DNA of 64,000 bases. Source: Nymphaea colorata (Eukaryota). Within the stretch, counting starts at the first letter, position 1; each line of letters begins with the position of its first letter. Of the stretch, positions 1 through 13,811 are shown piece by piece. Both the position numbers and the translations under genes were made by a program. The DNA lies in the NCBI RefSeq assembly GCF_008831285.2, contig NC_045138.2, positions 29,946,001 through 30,010,000 on the forward strand. Direction: 5' to 3'. The notes beneath the pieces were generated by a model. That model was not told the DNA's origin and made no database searches. It was given only the letters and a program-made list of their open reading frames with translations.

Positions 1-87
1 TGAATCCGACATTGTGCTGTCTGCCTTGCCAATTGAGAGCCCATCTTTGGGTTATCTGATTATGATTGTTCTTTTTGAATTTTTCAG

Positions 88-1639
88 GCATGGAACGTTT
101 ATGGAGTTCTTAACTTTTTGCAAGCTCTGGTTGAGAAATCCAATATCATAAATATATTGGAAAGTGAAAAGGCTGGCCTAGAACAGTTCACTGCTACGGA
201 TGGGTATGATTACAGTGGTGGAAGCAATGTCCTTAAGGTGCTGGGCTATTTCAGCATAGTGGGGTTGCTCCGAGTCCACTGCCTTCTCGGTGATTATAGC
301 ACTGGTCTTAAATGTTTGACACCCATTGATATCAGTCAGAGTGGTGTTTATACATCTGTTATTGGAAGCCATATAACTACAATTTATCATTATGGCTTTG
401 CAAACCTCATGTTGCGGAGGTAAGTTCACATATTCCTCTTTATTTTGTGCTATTGTTAGTATGTGAGTATTTTTTGGTTAGGGCTTTTGTATCTGCAGCT
501 ATGGTTTTTATCTTTTCATGTTTTGAGACCAATGAGATGACAGATAAGATAAGTTTTTTATCTTTTCCTTTTCTGAGATCAAGAAGATACATACTATGAG
601 TCTATGACTGTTATCCTGAGATATATTTTGCACCTCCATGGAAAGAATTATAGGTCATAGGCCTTGAGTGGGTTTACTCTACTTACAATTGATGGAAGGT
701 GGTTGGGTGTTGAATGTTACCGTCTTCTCTTAAAAAACGTAACTGTATAAGACCAAATTGCTGACAATTTGCCTAATTGTAAAACTTTGTGTTCAATGAG
801 TGGCATGACATAACTACATAATCAACGATGTCAGCAAGGGCTTTGGATTTGGGTCCAGGGATTCTAACCTTACCTTGGTGAACAAGCCACTGCCCATTTC
901 ATGCAACGATTATTTACAGGCTCCCTGATGTATGAACTATGAAGTATAGTAATTTTTGTCATGGTCAGGGACTTGAGGGAAGATTCTCCGAAATTAGCCA
1001 TGCTGTTGAGTATTGATTGGTCATCCTTTTCTATTGCATCAGTAATTGCACACCAGGGACAAGTTGTTTCTAAAATTTGTGTGATTGGTGCAATGTCCTG
1101 TTTATATGTTTCATCGTTCAGATTGCTTGCGTTCACTTAGATGTGTGTCTAATTCATCTGACACATCTTCATGGATGTTTGAATTCGTGACTGATTCTTC
1201 AGTAGGAGCTCTTTCATGTGCTATCTGGGTGAGGGTATTGCAGAAGTGGTGTGAGGTTGGTGTCCGGACCATGCCCATCACAAGACATTTAGTAAGAGCC
1301 TTCTAGTGGTGGAGCTTGTCCTTCTATTTGCTCCCTTATAATGCTTTTGGTTGCATACACATAGCTTTTGGTTCGTTTGTTATGATCATAATTTCTGTAG
1401 TGGAAAGCAGATTAGGCAGGTAGCAACCCTTAAGTCATCATTCCTTGTCACATAAGGCACCAATTTCACACCTGAAAATATGGCCTAGAAAATAGAAACA
1501 GTGATTCGATATCAATGTCATTTGTTTGATCCACCAGTGAATATGACATCTCCAGAAAGAAAGCTATGTCACATGGGTGTGGGGTATGAGTGCGGGATGC
1601 GGCAAATTCCAAAAAAAAAAAGGGTGTAAGTGCGGCAAG

Positions 1640-1680
<41 letters not shown>

Positions 1681-4224
1681 GATTTTTGAACTTTTTTTTT
1701 GAAGGTTACCTTAATCTCATATAAAATTCAAGGATTTATTAAATAAAATAGAGGAGGGGAGAGAGATAAGAGGGAAAAAGGAAGAGGGAAGGATAAGAGA
1801 AGGAAAAAGTTGGAAATGAACAAGAGAAAATGAGAGCGGGTGTGGTCAGCAGCACCCGATTTAGTTTCACCGAGTCAGGTGCTGTGTTGGGCTGCACCCG
1901 CACCCGAGTTGACTCGGGTGCACAACCATCTTTGGTGCACCCATATCACCATATGCAAAGTTAAACCACAAAATATCCTAAAATGAAAGTGGATTCAGGT
2001 CAGCCTATACGTGCTCTCTGAATGAGCAGTTCCTGACACAGGTGTTACTTGATCTGAAATGATGACTAGATTGGCATGTGTTGGATATTGTAGTTATGGC
2101 ATATCTTACATGCTTGCTTCATTGGTCAGCTAAATAGTCTGAACTAGTCCTTGATTGGGAGGCCCCTAGTCAAGTTCGTGCCTGTGTGGGAGCCATAAAA
2201 AGGTTTTATTGTTGACATGAAAAGCCGCTACTTTAAAGAATTGCAGCAATGGAGAAAAAAAAGCGTCGTTGCACTAATAATTGTAGCAATTGAAAGAAAA
2301 CCCATATAGTTTGGAACTTCAAACAAAGGACACACATGCATTTTGTTTGTCCAGAAAAGCAAGAAAAGAAAGTTTAGATCCTTTCCATGGTTTCCTGTCT
2401 TCTGAGTTCTGAGTAAACCTTGGGGCTAGAGCTAGAGAACTTAGCGTTACTTTTGACTACACAGTTAGTTGGAGGAGCTATGTGTTTTGCTAGTATGGTG
2501 ATGCCGGCATGGATGTTCACGAAGGCCGAAGGTGTATGCTTGAAAAAATTTTAAGGGTTGGGTGGCAAATAGGTTTTCAAGTTGTTTACGTATCATGTAG
2601 TTCTCTATGAAAATATTGTGCATATGCCTCTCATCTGTAAGTATGCCATTTTTTTTCTTTTTTCAGATGCTTCTAGATGCTCATAGTATTGCTTGTGGTA
2701 ATTTCTTTTCTTTATAGCTTAGATTTGCCTGTATCTTTTCTGCTAGATATGTTGATGCAATGCGTGAGTTCAATAAGGTTCTATTATACATTATGAAGAC
2801 CAAACAGTATCATCAGAAATCTCCACAATTTGATCAGATTTTGAAGAAGAATGAGCAAATGTATGCCTTATTAGCTATTTGTCTCTCATTGTGTCCACAA
2901 TTGAAGCTCGTAGATGAGAGTGTTAACAGCCAACTGAGGGAGAAGTATGGTGAGAAAATGGCCAGGATGCAGAGGTACGATGATGATGAGGCCTATGCAT
3001 TATATGATGAGCTTTTTTCATATGCTTGTCCAAAGTTCATCACCCCATCAGTGCCAAATTACGAGGAGCCGTTGGTCAATTATAACCAGGTGAGTTTGCT
3101 GCAAATTGCAGTAGGCTCTCAATGTCCTTGTTTACTTATTTTTTCCTTTTTGTTTGGTCTTCTGCTTGGATTTTATTGTGTGTAAGAAGTTAATAGTACG
3201 AGCAATTTCTAAAGAATGTGTTGTGCAGAACTTATTTATTATGCTTTCTGTTTTATGTGACAACCCTATGATAATTGCCCAGTTTGGATGCTCATAAGGC
3301 ATCTTTGTTCTTAGTATGTATCTGTGGTGTCTACATCATGGCAATCATAGCAAAAGGTGTACAAGTGGTTTGGGATACTTGTCTGCTGGCATGAATTCAG
3401 TTCAATGCTAACTGGTTGGTCTTGTTCTTCAAAAATTATTATGTTCATGGCATCACTTGTAGAGTATTCTAATAGTTTAGATCATGGAGTCAGTGTTGTA
3501 CGTATCGTACAATATGGGGCTACGTATCGTATCGTTTACAAAATACGATACGATACACCCCCTGTATCGTAAATGAGGGTGTATCGTACAATACATGCGA
3601 TACGGGCCCCCGTATCGTACGATAGGGTGCGATACGGCCCGTATCGTACGATACGGGCTGATTTCTAAAAAGGGGGCTTGAACCCCATTTTTTCGAGTTT
3701 TTTTTTTATAAAAACCCACCCCTTCTTCATTTCTAATCTATAGATTGTACCGCCTTAGAGGGAAATCATCGATTTCCATTGTGTAATCATCGATTTTCAC
3801 CGTGAAATCATCTATTAAACCATGGATTTGTGCATGGGTGGCTGATTCCCATTGGGAGGAAAGGGGTTTTTTTAAACCATGAAGATGAAGATGAAAAAGA
3901 ATGATATTGTTATGAACCTAATAGGCACTCCATGCAATGTTGTAAAACGCGTATCGTAAGCCGTATCGATCGGGCTTTAAGATACGCAGTATCGTAACGT
4001 ATCGTAACCGTATCGTAAATTTTTAAAAAATAATAATAATAAATCAGAAAAAATTTAAAAAAAATCGGAAAATTCATAAAAAAAATCAGAAAAAATTAAA
4101 AAGAATAAATTCGTCATAGAAAACATGTTTTAGTCTTTAGATAATGATAGACTTATTATTTTGCTAAATGCTATATATGTATTTCCTAAACAACCCCCCA
4201 CCCCCCCTCCCCCGACACACACAC

Positions 4225-4268
<44 letters not shown>

Positions 4269-6379
4269 CTTATTGGTTCTATTTGTTATGACCCAAGCCT
4301 AACTCAATCAGGAATGTATTTAACTGGACCCTGATAAAATCTGAACCATCTAAGGTAACCTATAAATCACTAAACAGAACAGGGAAGAGTCTTATTAGCT
4401 AAATCTGGTTCCCACATGGATGAATCTGGGCCCTGTTAAAGGCTCCAGCATGTTCAAAGATATGGTAAAGTAAGTTTAGATTGACCCCCTAGATATCTTT
4501 ACCTTATTATGGAGATCTGAAACTTTTGTTTTGTTGCTTGCTTTTCAGTTATATGTCTTTTTCTTCTTTCATTCGTATTGTCATTAACTTTCAGTGGAAG
4601 GGCTATGTGCTAACACAAATCTCCAAGTTCTATTTGTTTTTTTTTGTGGTTGTTATCATGTTATGTCATTTTGTCAAAAAGCTGTGTGAATTGTTGCAGG
4701 ATGCTTATAGGTTGCAGTTGAAGCTTTTCCTTTATGAAGTGAAGCAGCAGCAACTGTTGTCGGGTGTTCGCAGTTTCTTGAAATTGTACACAACCATCTC
4801 AATTGGGAAGCTTGCGACTTACATGGAGGTGGATGAGTCAACTTTAAGGTAAGTTTCATGGTCCGTAGTAGAACCTATGACGTCCTGTAAAAATGGAGAA
4901 GAGTCTTAAACTCAGTGATAAACAGTGATGGTTTGTGCTGTTTTGGAGCAAATGACAATGCAACGATTGTAGGATGCCTGAATTTGTGAACCAGATTCAA
5001 CTGATTAATGAATTATCATACATTTTGTTTTGATATTTCTGGTGCAGGACAATATTGATGAGTTACAAGCATAAAATGCATGTTGTTGGCAATGACGGAA
5101 AGGTTCTCTCAAATGCGGATATTGATTTCTATATCAATGAGGTATGTGGTTCAGTTTACGTAGATGTGATTACTGTGAAGCGCAAATATGAGAAATTTTA
5201 AACTATAAACACAATTAATAAACATAAACTGTTGTGGCTGCGAAGGCCTGTTTACTGAATTGATTAATTTGACATAGCTTACAATCGTTGTATGTCATTC
5301 ATGTGCAATTCCCTGTACGAACTTGTTTCTGTTTGGCTTGCCACACTTGTTTTGTGCGAACTGTCGGTAATCACGTGGATACACCCACACCCACACCCAC
5401 ACCCACACAGGCACACACATGGACAAGAATTCATACCTGCTGGAGTTACCATTCTTTTGATGTTTTATAGATTCTTTTCATTATTGGGGTTGGGTTAGGC
5501 AAGGCTCCACCTTTAGTTCCTCTTGTGTATCTTCTCACGAACTGTAGGTACGGTGTAGTGATCATCCATAGTATGCCTTTTTCATGGTAGGTACATTAGA
5601 TGTATTTTGTTCTTCATGTCTAATGATTTCTAGTCTAATGAGACATGATTATATTTTCTGATGATATGCAGTTATACATGGTTTCAATTGCTGGTGCCTG
5701 ACAACAGATTGTTTATTTTCCTTTTGGGTTTAGAATGTGGAATGGGTCGTAAGGCTTAAGAGTGAATCTCCTTAGTTTTAACAGGAGTTGTTGCTACAAT
5801 GTCTGCTAGCATATGAATTGCCGCCATTAAAGCCCTTCTACATCGTGTGAGCATGTGGGGTTGAACTGTGCACTGGGACATAGCAATTAATGAATGAAAT
5901 AGTTGTGGATGAAGGAGACCATTGTGTATTATACCATGTACTGTATTCTTCTAGCAATTAATGAATGAAGTAGTTGTGGATGAAGGAGACCATTGTGTAT
6001 TATACCATGTATTGTATTCTTCAACTTTTCTGCAGTTAACAAATCCATGACTTCTATTCTCAAATGATACTTGTTAATATTTGCTGACTGGTTGAGTTTT
6101 TTACCTCTTTAGGATACCGTACATGTTGTTGAATCCAAGTCAGGAAAGCACTATGGTGACTTTTTCTTGCGTCAGATTCTCAAGGTATGTCATCTTCTAC
6201 TTTGCACAGCTGGTGCAAGTCATATCCACCTTGTCGCTTGTTCTTAACTGCTAATTTTGCCTCCATGCTATATGATGTCACTGTCCTTTCTGAATGCAAA
6301 TACAAGTGCAAACATTCTTATTCTGGTTGTGCAGTTCGAAGAAATAATTGGTGAGATGGACAGAATAAAGCTGGACTGA
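88..6379 (+). CDS. eIF3L: Eukaryotic translation initiation factor 3 subunit L, 3' part (5' exons lie outside the window)
   Basis: Exons 88-419, 2747-3089, 4700-4848, 5048-5141, 6113-6184, 6335-6379 (TGA), all GT-AG and phase-consistent. Peptides AWNVYGVLNFLQAL, LGYFSIVGLLRVHCLLGDY, YHYGFANLMLRRYVDA, ELFSYACPKFITP, RSFLKLYTTISIGKLA are characteristic of eIF3L. Confidence 0.95.
1564..1955. mobile_element. Degraded non-autonomous DNA transposon (hAT/MITE-like) in an eIF3L intron
   Basis: GGGTGC/GCACCC motifs in opposite orientation at the two ends (CATGGGTGT...GCACCCATAT) and internal palindrome CACCCGAGTTGACTCGGGTG; no TSD found. Confidence 0.4.
3491..4210. mobile_element. Two hAT-like terminal fragments with GTATCGTA/TACGATAC subterminal repeats, in an eIF3L intron
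   Basis: Termini CAGTGTTGTA (3491) and CAATGTTGTA (3935), each followed by dense direct and inverted GTATCGTA motifs and A-rich tracts. Confidence 0.55.
5881..6022 (+). repeat. 71-bp direct tandem duplication (intronic)
   Basis: TAGCAATTAATGAATGAA...GTATTCTTC occurs twice head-to-tail with 2 mismatches. Confidence 0.9.
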
Positions 6380-6822
6380 GCATCTGTTCTGCAAGAGTCT
6401 TCTTTCAGGATTCCATACGGCGGCCTTGTTCTTCTGAAGCCACCTGTTCTTAGTTCTACCATTATTTTAGTTAACAGAAATATTTTGTTCTTCAATTTTG
6501 ATGAGAAATCTTTTCCTTAGTTTCTCTCTCTTCTGTGTTCCTTTGAACCAAAATCCCTGCAATGTTGCTTGATTTTGTTGAAAATGCAAAATATAGTATG
6601 GTGTCGGCGGTGTTTGTGATGGATTCTCTCATGCAACGAATTCTGATTTCTGCTTTGAGCGCGCGGTTTTGTGGAGTCGTCGAATCCTCAAGAACAGGTT
6701 TTGGGAATGGCGGAGTATGCTGAGAGTGAGGTGTCCTTTTGATTTCATTCAATTTCATGATAATTTTCTACTATCAGCGCATGCATTCTCCGTTTGATTA
6801 ACTCCCTCTAACCTACTAGTGG

Positions 6823-7363
6823 TGGGATATAAATGGATTGGATATTGTTTGTATTCATTTAACTGGATCTGGTGAAAAAATTCATATCCTATTATAGCGT
6901 GGAGTTTGCTGAACCCATCTAAATTTGGGGTCATATACTAGTGGATCCGGACTCGGTTTTAGGAAGTATGGACTCAACCCAACTCCAAATCCAAATCGCC
7001 TTACACAAGATCGGATCCAGATTACGCATTATCCGTTAAAACCAAAGTTGGCAAGGGCCCAACATGGAACTGGGTACATTACCTCATACTTGTTTGTGCC
7101 AGAGAATTGCAACCTGGAATTAAATCTATGAATGAGAACGGGTTCTGACTGGATCCAGTTCAAGGTTCAAACTAGTTCATATATGAACTAATCCAAATCC
7201 AAAAATCATGTTGTTGGGTTTCAGACTTAGATTCGGACCCGTGACAAGGCTGCAAGATGGACTGAAGCGAACTGGTAACTGGATCATATTTTCTTACAAA
7301 GCCTGGGTTACGAAGTCCGATTTATACATGGATAACGAATCAATCGAACCCATTTACAGCCCG
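6823..7363. mobile_element. hAT-derived MITE with GGAT/ATCC/ACCCG subterminal motifs
   Basis: Imperfect TIR-like ends TGGGATATAAATGG ... CCATTTACAGCCCG. A related end (AGGGGTGTAAATGGG) is at ~40977, and similar motif-rich relics are at ~11540-12000, ~43600-43900 and ~51930-52220. Confidence 0.5.
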
Positions 7364-9249
7364 AGTTAAGCCGTCGATCATGCATGTCTCTTGTTTTTTT
7401 GCATGGATCTGATTTCCCGGGATCTGTAACTCCTCTGTCCAACCCGACTCATTGTCACAGACCCAAACCCGAATATTGATTCGAACTCGGGTGCGCTCAA
7501 GCGGGTTGAATATCCGAGATCACTTGAAATTATTGGCGGTTGCAACTTGCAACGAGTCTGCAGAAGAAAGGCATCCGTTGGGGCCGTTGACGCGTGGAGT
7601 CATCTGACCCGTCAGGATAAGTAAAAGAAATCTGGACCGTCCGTAGAATTATGGAATCCTTGCCGTTGATTTTACGCGACCGGCTCCCTTAAAGCCACAC
7701 CATTCCTTGGCTATCCTCACGCCCTGGTTTCATTCGGCTCGTCGGCGAGGGTTTCCACTGCTGCAAAGGTTGGCGGCATCATCTTCTGCGGTCATGGAGG
7801 CGGATCGGTGGCGCCGGAATCTCTCTTTAGTCTTTCCTCCTCGTGCCTCTCCTCTGTGAGTCCTGCTTCTTTTTTTTGTCCGGTCTTTTTTTTTTTTTCC
7901 TTTCTGCTGTCTCTTTGCTTTCTGTGTTTGCCGGTCGGCAGGTTTCATTTCCCGACCCTTGAATCGGATATTCTAACCTGTTTGCGTTCAGATCTTTGCA
8001 GATCTCCAAGTGTTGGCCTCCGTAATAAGGCTTTCTTTAGATCCATGTCGATTTGAAACTTTCTTCCCCTTTTTTTTTAATTTTTTTTGTAATTTTCTTT
8101 TATAAGCATGCCTTTTTTTTTCAATAATCGGATTCCATGTGAAATCTTCGTTTCTGCTAAAAATGTCTTGTTTCACCTCTTGCGTTTCTTGTAGTTCTGG
8201 TCTAAGCGTATCTAACTTGTCTTCCTTTCTTTCGATTTTCCTAGGAGCTTCTTTTCCTATTAAAGGTCTCGTAGTGCCTTTTCCCGGTCTGTACAACCAG
8301 TCTGGTTTCGTCAAAACTGTTCTTTTATGTTTTTTGTGATCACAACTGTTGAGATTGTTAACGGTTCCGCAAAATTTTCTGATGATTTTCTGAACTTTAG
8401 AACTTTGCAGTATGTTGTTTCAATTTCTTGTGTCTTATGCAAAAAGTCTGGTTTTTCTTCTGCTTTTCCCTACTTTACATAATTGTTACATGGTTTCTGC
8501 TCCTCATCTTTTTCCTTCGCCAGATAATGTTTTCCCCAAGTGTTGAGCCCTATGAAGTTAGTTCTGACTGCTTGCTGTTGATCGGCCAAGACAGAGTGTT
8601 TTGCTGCCATTCAAAGACTTGTTCTTGTTCCTTTTCTTGAAAATTTGCGATCTTTTTGGAAATCTCCTCTGTCTTCTTCATTGTTTTCTTAGCATGTGAG
8701 TTCATGATTCTCGTGAGCAGGTTATGTTCTTTATTGTTGTGGGACTTTTCCGTCCTTGTCTTACCCCCTTAGCAACTTTTTTGCCCCTGCCGTTGATATT
8801 CAGTGTATTAGATTTCTGATGGTGATTATTTTTCTTTGGTAGGTCTCGCCATGGGGGATTTTTCTTGCCTCAACATGGGGGAGTAGTTGGATAAAGGTTT
8901 CTGCTGGTTGACGGACGAAGCTGACGAGTAACGAGTTTGTCCCTCCCTTCCATCACGTTTTATGATCAAGTTATGTGGTTTTGAAGTCTTATCTATTTAT
9001 ACTGGATTTGATTACTTGGCATTCAGGTTCCATTGCTTCACTGGAGGCTTATTTACCTTTAAGATGTAGCGATTGGCGTCCAGGTTTGATGCCTGGAAAA
9101 TGATGGTCCATCGTTCCTGCAAGGGTTGTTTGTGGATGTGTCTGTAAGGTGTCTGGATATATGTTATATGTCCTCTGTGCCTGGTCGACAAAAGCGGACG
9201 ATGAGGGGATATCTGGTTTGGCAGGTGTGCCAGTCGTTGTGTGTTTTGA

Positions 9250-9354
9250 GGCTGTGCCTTTGCGGGTGCGCTTGCGGGCCAGCCAAAAAATTTAATAAAA
9301 ATTTTCCTTTTTTTGGGGGAGGGTTTCGCAGGGCGTTCTTGCCCGGGCCCTCTC
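9250..9354 (+). other. Conserved double stem-loop element, copy A
   Basis: GGCTGTGCCTTTGCGGGTGCGCTTGCGGGCCAGCC hairpin, AATAAA-containing linker, then GAGGG...GGGC-GTTCTT-GCCC...CCCTC hairpin, followed by (GT)/(CT)n. Confidence 0.7.
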
Positions 9355-12300
9355 GTGTGCGTGTGTGCTGTCTCTCTCTCTCTCTCTTTCTCTCCTCTCT
9401 TCTCTCCCTTTCCCTCTCCCCTGCCAGTCTAATGCCATCGCGAATTCTGACCACTTCCAGACCCTATGTGGACTTCTCGAGTCATCTATCGTTCAGCGCT
9501 TCTCATCACATCGTGGTGCACAGGTATGCGTGTGTTTGTTGCTGTTGATCGCAAAGTTTCATTCTGCCTTATTTGGGAGCACAATGATTATCTTATTACA
9601 CATTGAGTATTTAAGTTGGGTAAAATATGAAATTGTGGGACAATGCAGGCTTTTGCATATTCATTGGTTTTGAAAAGTCTATATATTATATCATGACCAT
9701 ATGAGAATGATGATAGATAAGCTCTTCAACATGGAGTTGCACTTCGATACCATTTTGTTCTTCAGTTTATTGTCAGGATAAAGATCTTGAACATGGTGTT
9801 GCACTGGGGCATTATTTTGTTTTTCAGTTCATAGTCAGGCATGCTAAACCTGTTCAACATACCGTGGCAATTGTTCCTCTTCGCTTCACAATCACGCAGC
9901 GTATGATAAACTGACTTGCACCGATTTTTGGGCCACCAATATTTGCCTCATGTTATCCTGAAAATGATTCTCGCATTCAGATTTGGTGCACGGTTCAAAT
10001 GCACTCATCTTGGTTCACCATCTAATACTTGCCTTCATCTTGCTCATTGCTTTAGGGGCAAATTAAGGCTTTCATTTGTTTTTGCTTGTTGGCCCTTTGG
10101 TGCCCTTTGTTTTGTTGTATATTGTTTTGTCGTCCTTTGGTATTGGGAGCAAGTGGTCTTGGTGGCGCAGCACTTTGTAAATAGGAGGAGGATGATTGGA
10201 CTTGCCGCGAAGCCGTTTGTCTCTTGGACTTGCTGCCGTGGCTGTTGCGGCAGTTTGTATTGCTGATGCTGGATCCTGATACTTGGAGTTGCTGCTATGG
10301 CTGTTAGGAGGAAAATGTATTTCTAATGCTGGATCATGATGCGTGGACGGTGCCTGCAGAAGGCGAAGGAGACCTGTCTGAGTAAATTTGCTTTTTGAAA
10401 TGATCTGTATGTGTGAAGGGGCTGTGCTTTCGCAGGTGCCCTTGCGAAGGACCTGCTCAGTCTTTAATGAAATTTGCTGTTATTTTGGCGGGGGAGGGCT
10501 CACCTGGTCCTTGGGGACGCCTGTCTTCGGCTGCCCGTCCTCATGCTTTTTCTTTTTCCCTGTTACCTATTTTTTGATTTGCATACAAGAATTTGAGGAT
10601 CATGATTTACTCAGGTTTTTTCGACCGTTCCTGCTCCTATAGTAAAAATTGTTTGCAGATTGAAGTTTGTACTTTCCCATGCCGAATGACTGCTACCATG
10701 TCCGTTTATTTGTAGGAACTGCCATCAGCTGCCTGTCGCACCGTCTTCACAAGATTCGAAACATTCATCAAGGAATAATTTTTTACGAATTCCATACGTG
10801 CTTGTGTTGACTATGTAAGATTCCTCAAAGGTGTTCTTGTGAAGCTACTGGACGGCTGCTTTGATAACTCTCCACTCCTCCTGCCGGGTGATTTTGCCTC
10901 TTTCGTCGCCGTAAATGCTTGCGCTGAAGTTTGGAGAGGGCGGGAGCCTAAGCTAGTCCACCAGAAATGGCCGTGTGCACGAGCTGATGGTGCCAAATAA
11001 TATTCATCCAAAAGCCGAACTTTTACTTGATCAAACAAATCCCATATCTTCTACCAGTCGCGTGCTCAAGAGTTTGGATGGTGGAAATAATATGCTCTCT
11101 TGAAATGAGAAGTTTTACCTGGAATCCATGACCTGTGCCTGCCGTATGCTAGAGCGGATGAGTCAAATGACATGACTTATTGTAACAAAGTTTCTCTTGG
11201 TTTGGCGATTCTCATGTTTTGTAGCATGCATCAGACTGCTTATGGTTGAAAATGTATCAATTCTTTTATCAATTGATGTACCCCTTATTCGTAGGTGTCT
11301 TAGCCGCAACGTTCTCCACACTAGGATTCAGTCTGTTTAAGTTTTTCCAATAAAGCCGTCTTCTACCAACAATTATCTTCTGGGTTAGTTAGATAGTTAA
11401 TCGGCATCTAGTGAAATGAGATACAGACAGCTCTAATGGCTTGTGTGACACTTGACATCTCACACCTGATGTGAAATCGATTACTTTTGTCGAGACACAA
11501 ATTTTTCTTGGATTTGAGTTTGTTTAAATAAATGTCCAGCTAATTTTTCTTGTCTTTGCCACTGGTCATTTGATTGGATTTTAACTTGGATCAACTTAAA
11601 ATGCGAAGATATTGGTACATGATACTTATTTAAGATTAAATCAGAATTCAAATCTGAATGGGTATCCAATTGGCTTTTTTTCTAAAACTAAATTTGAATC
11701 CTAATTTGGTTCGACGACATTTTTATTTCTGAATTCAATCTACTTTTTAAGAAGATGTTTTTGTTTTTTTAGATCGGACCTGTTTCTTTTTGAAGTAGTT
11801 CGATAAGCATTCACATGTCCTGTAGAGTTCTTACTCATGTCTACAGTATGGTTCATCCGACCGGAATATGAGCCGCTGAATGATCTCAATCCGGAATATG
11901 AGCCGCAGAAGAAAACATTGATCAAACCGATTCAAGAATAAAAGATGGATCTGTCCAGTAATATGCTGATCCATCAACTTGTTTGCCTTATGCGGATCGG
12001 CACATGCCTTCTTATTTCTTGTTCTAGATCTCGGAAAGTTAAGACATTTTTCTGAAAATTTTAAGCTGGAAAATTCTTTCTGTGTCTTATTGCGGCGCTG
12101 ACTCTTTCCGGTTGTGCAAACTGGATCTACGGCCATCCCCAGTATAAATTGGTGGCTGTTCTTGCAAAATGGCAGTAGCTAAGCAACAAAAGTATATGCA
12201 AAGTGCACTGAAGTCTGAACGGAAGATATATTTCTTTTTATCAGCTCCTATAAGCTGAAACCACGCACGGATGAAACTTTTCAGGAAAAACTAACCTCCA

Positions 12301-13512
12301 GTGCTGTTTTTGTGCATGAAACGGGCTGTTATTAGATGCCCATGTTAGTATGACAATTTTTTCTTCATTAATCGGTCTTGGAGATTGAATTCCTTCCCAA
12401 AATCATGGCATATAAAGCCAGGATCAAGAAAACGAAAGCACATAAAAACGACAGGAGAAGAAAGGAAAGAAAAATCCGCCGTCTGTAATCGAATCAATGT
12501 CCAACTGGAGGCTGTCTGTTGGTTCTAGATAAGGATTGGGCAGGACCCCAAGAACAAATGCAGAAACAGTTTGCCTGAGGCAACCGCCATTTAACAGATT
12601 CCCATGCAGTGCTTATCCATGGAACCTATATGTAGAGCATGATACCTTCGGAGGGCGCTGTTTTAAAATTTCCATCGAGGAACGCGGTCATCCGTCATGG
12701 GACCGAAGGGGAGATGGTCGGCCATTGCTGTCCTGCCTCGCCTGCACAAGGCAAACGAAAAGGGCTTGGAGATTCGTGCATTCCGTGAGGTGGCTCGTCC
12801 GTAGGCATGAAAGAAGGGAGGAGTCCTCCATTGCTCGGCCTTGTTATCATTTTCTTGCCTTCCCTTCTTGATGCGGCAGCAGAAGCAAGGAAAGAAGGAA
12901 GAGGGGGAGTATGGCTGGAGGGTAGAAGATGCGGTGAGGAGGGCGAGTGAATTGCTGAAATGCCAGGCGGAGAGAGAGAGAAGCCGCCATCGCCGGCCTA
13001 CGGAGCGCGACCGCTTCGTCTTCTCCCTCATCGTCTCCGGATCGATCACGGTACTCTCTCTCTCTCTCTCTCACAGTCGGATGTCTAATGCAGACAAACT
13101 GTTCATTGCTAGCTCCCTTTCTTTCTCCTCCTCTCTCTTTTGTTCTTGTTCTGGTTTCTGTTCTTTGTTCTTGTTTTTGTTTGCTAATTTTTTTGTTCTT
13201 GCTTTTCGTTTGTTTATTTTTTTCGTTTGTCGCTTTTATCTTTTTCTTTCGCCTTTGTCGATTAGTGGCGTCTTGTCACCAGATTCATTTCCGTTTTGTC
13301 AGCTCTCTCTCTCTCTCTCCTCTCCTCATCTCTCTCAAATCACATGGACTCGTGGTTTCGGTAGAATCAGAAATCTTGTATTATATTTTCTTGCTATCCA
13401 CTGTTATTGAGGCCTTCCTGCATCGTTGGGACTCTAATTATCTACGTAGTTTCTGTAAGTTCATCATCTTATGTTTTCTTTTTGTCCAGCTTTTAATCGA
13501 CAGTTTATCCAA

Positions 13513-13811
13513 TTCGATCAAATCTTGTAAATTCTTTTTATAAATCCACTTTTTACATTTCTTCCCTAGGACCCACTTTTGCTCTTTTTCGGCAGACTAA
13601 AGATGGATTTTGGATCTTGGAGTGTCTAACTTTCTTGACCGAAAATTATAAGCCAGTTCGATCAAATCTTGTAAATTCTTTTTATAAATCCACTTTTTAC
13701 ATTCCTTCCCTACAGTGAGAACCCACTTTTGTTCTTTTTCGGCGGACTAAACCTTACCAGATTATGGGGGGAATATGGATTTTGGATCTTGGAGTGTCTA
13801 ACTTTCTTGAC
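13513..13811 (+). repeat. ~130-150 bp direct duplication
   Basis: TTCGATCAAATCTTGTAAATTCTTTT...GGAGTGTCTAACTTTCTTGAC occurs twice, the second copy with small insertions. Confidence 0.85.

Noticed and set aside
9250..9354. H/ACA snoRNA or telomerase RNA identity for the double hairpin
   Set aside because: No conserved ACA box after hairpin 2, the hairpins are short, and there is no CTAAACCCT-type template on the folding strand.
9710..9920. CRISPR-like array
   Set aside because: Eukaryotic context; the repeats are contiguous and degenerate, with no unique spacers.
12536..13543. Overlapping 111-189 aa ORFs
   Set aside because: Low-complexity F/L/S and RE runs from T-rich and (CT)n DNA, with no recognisable protein.
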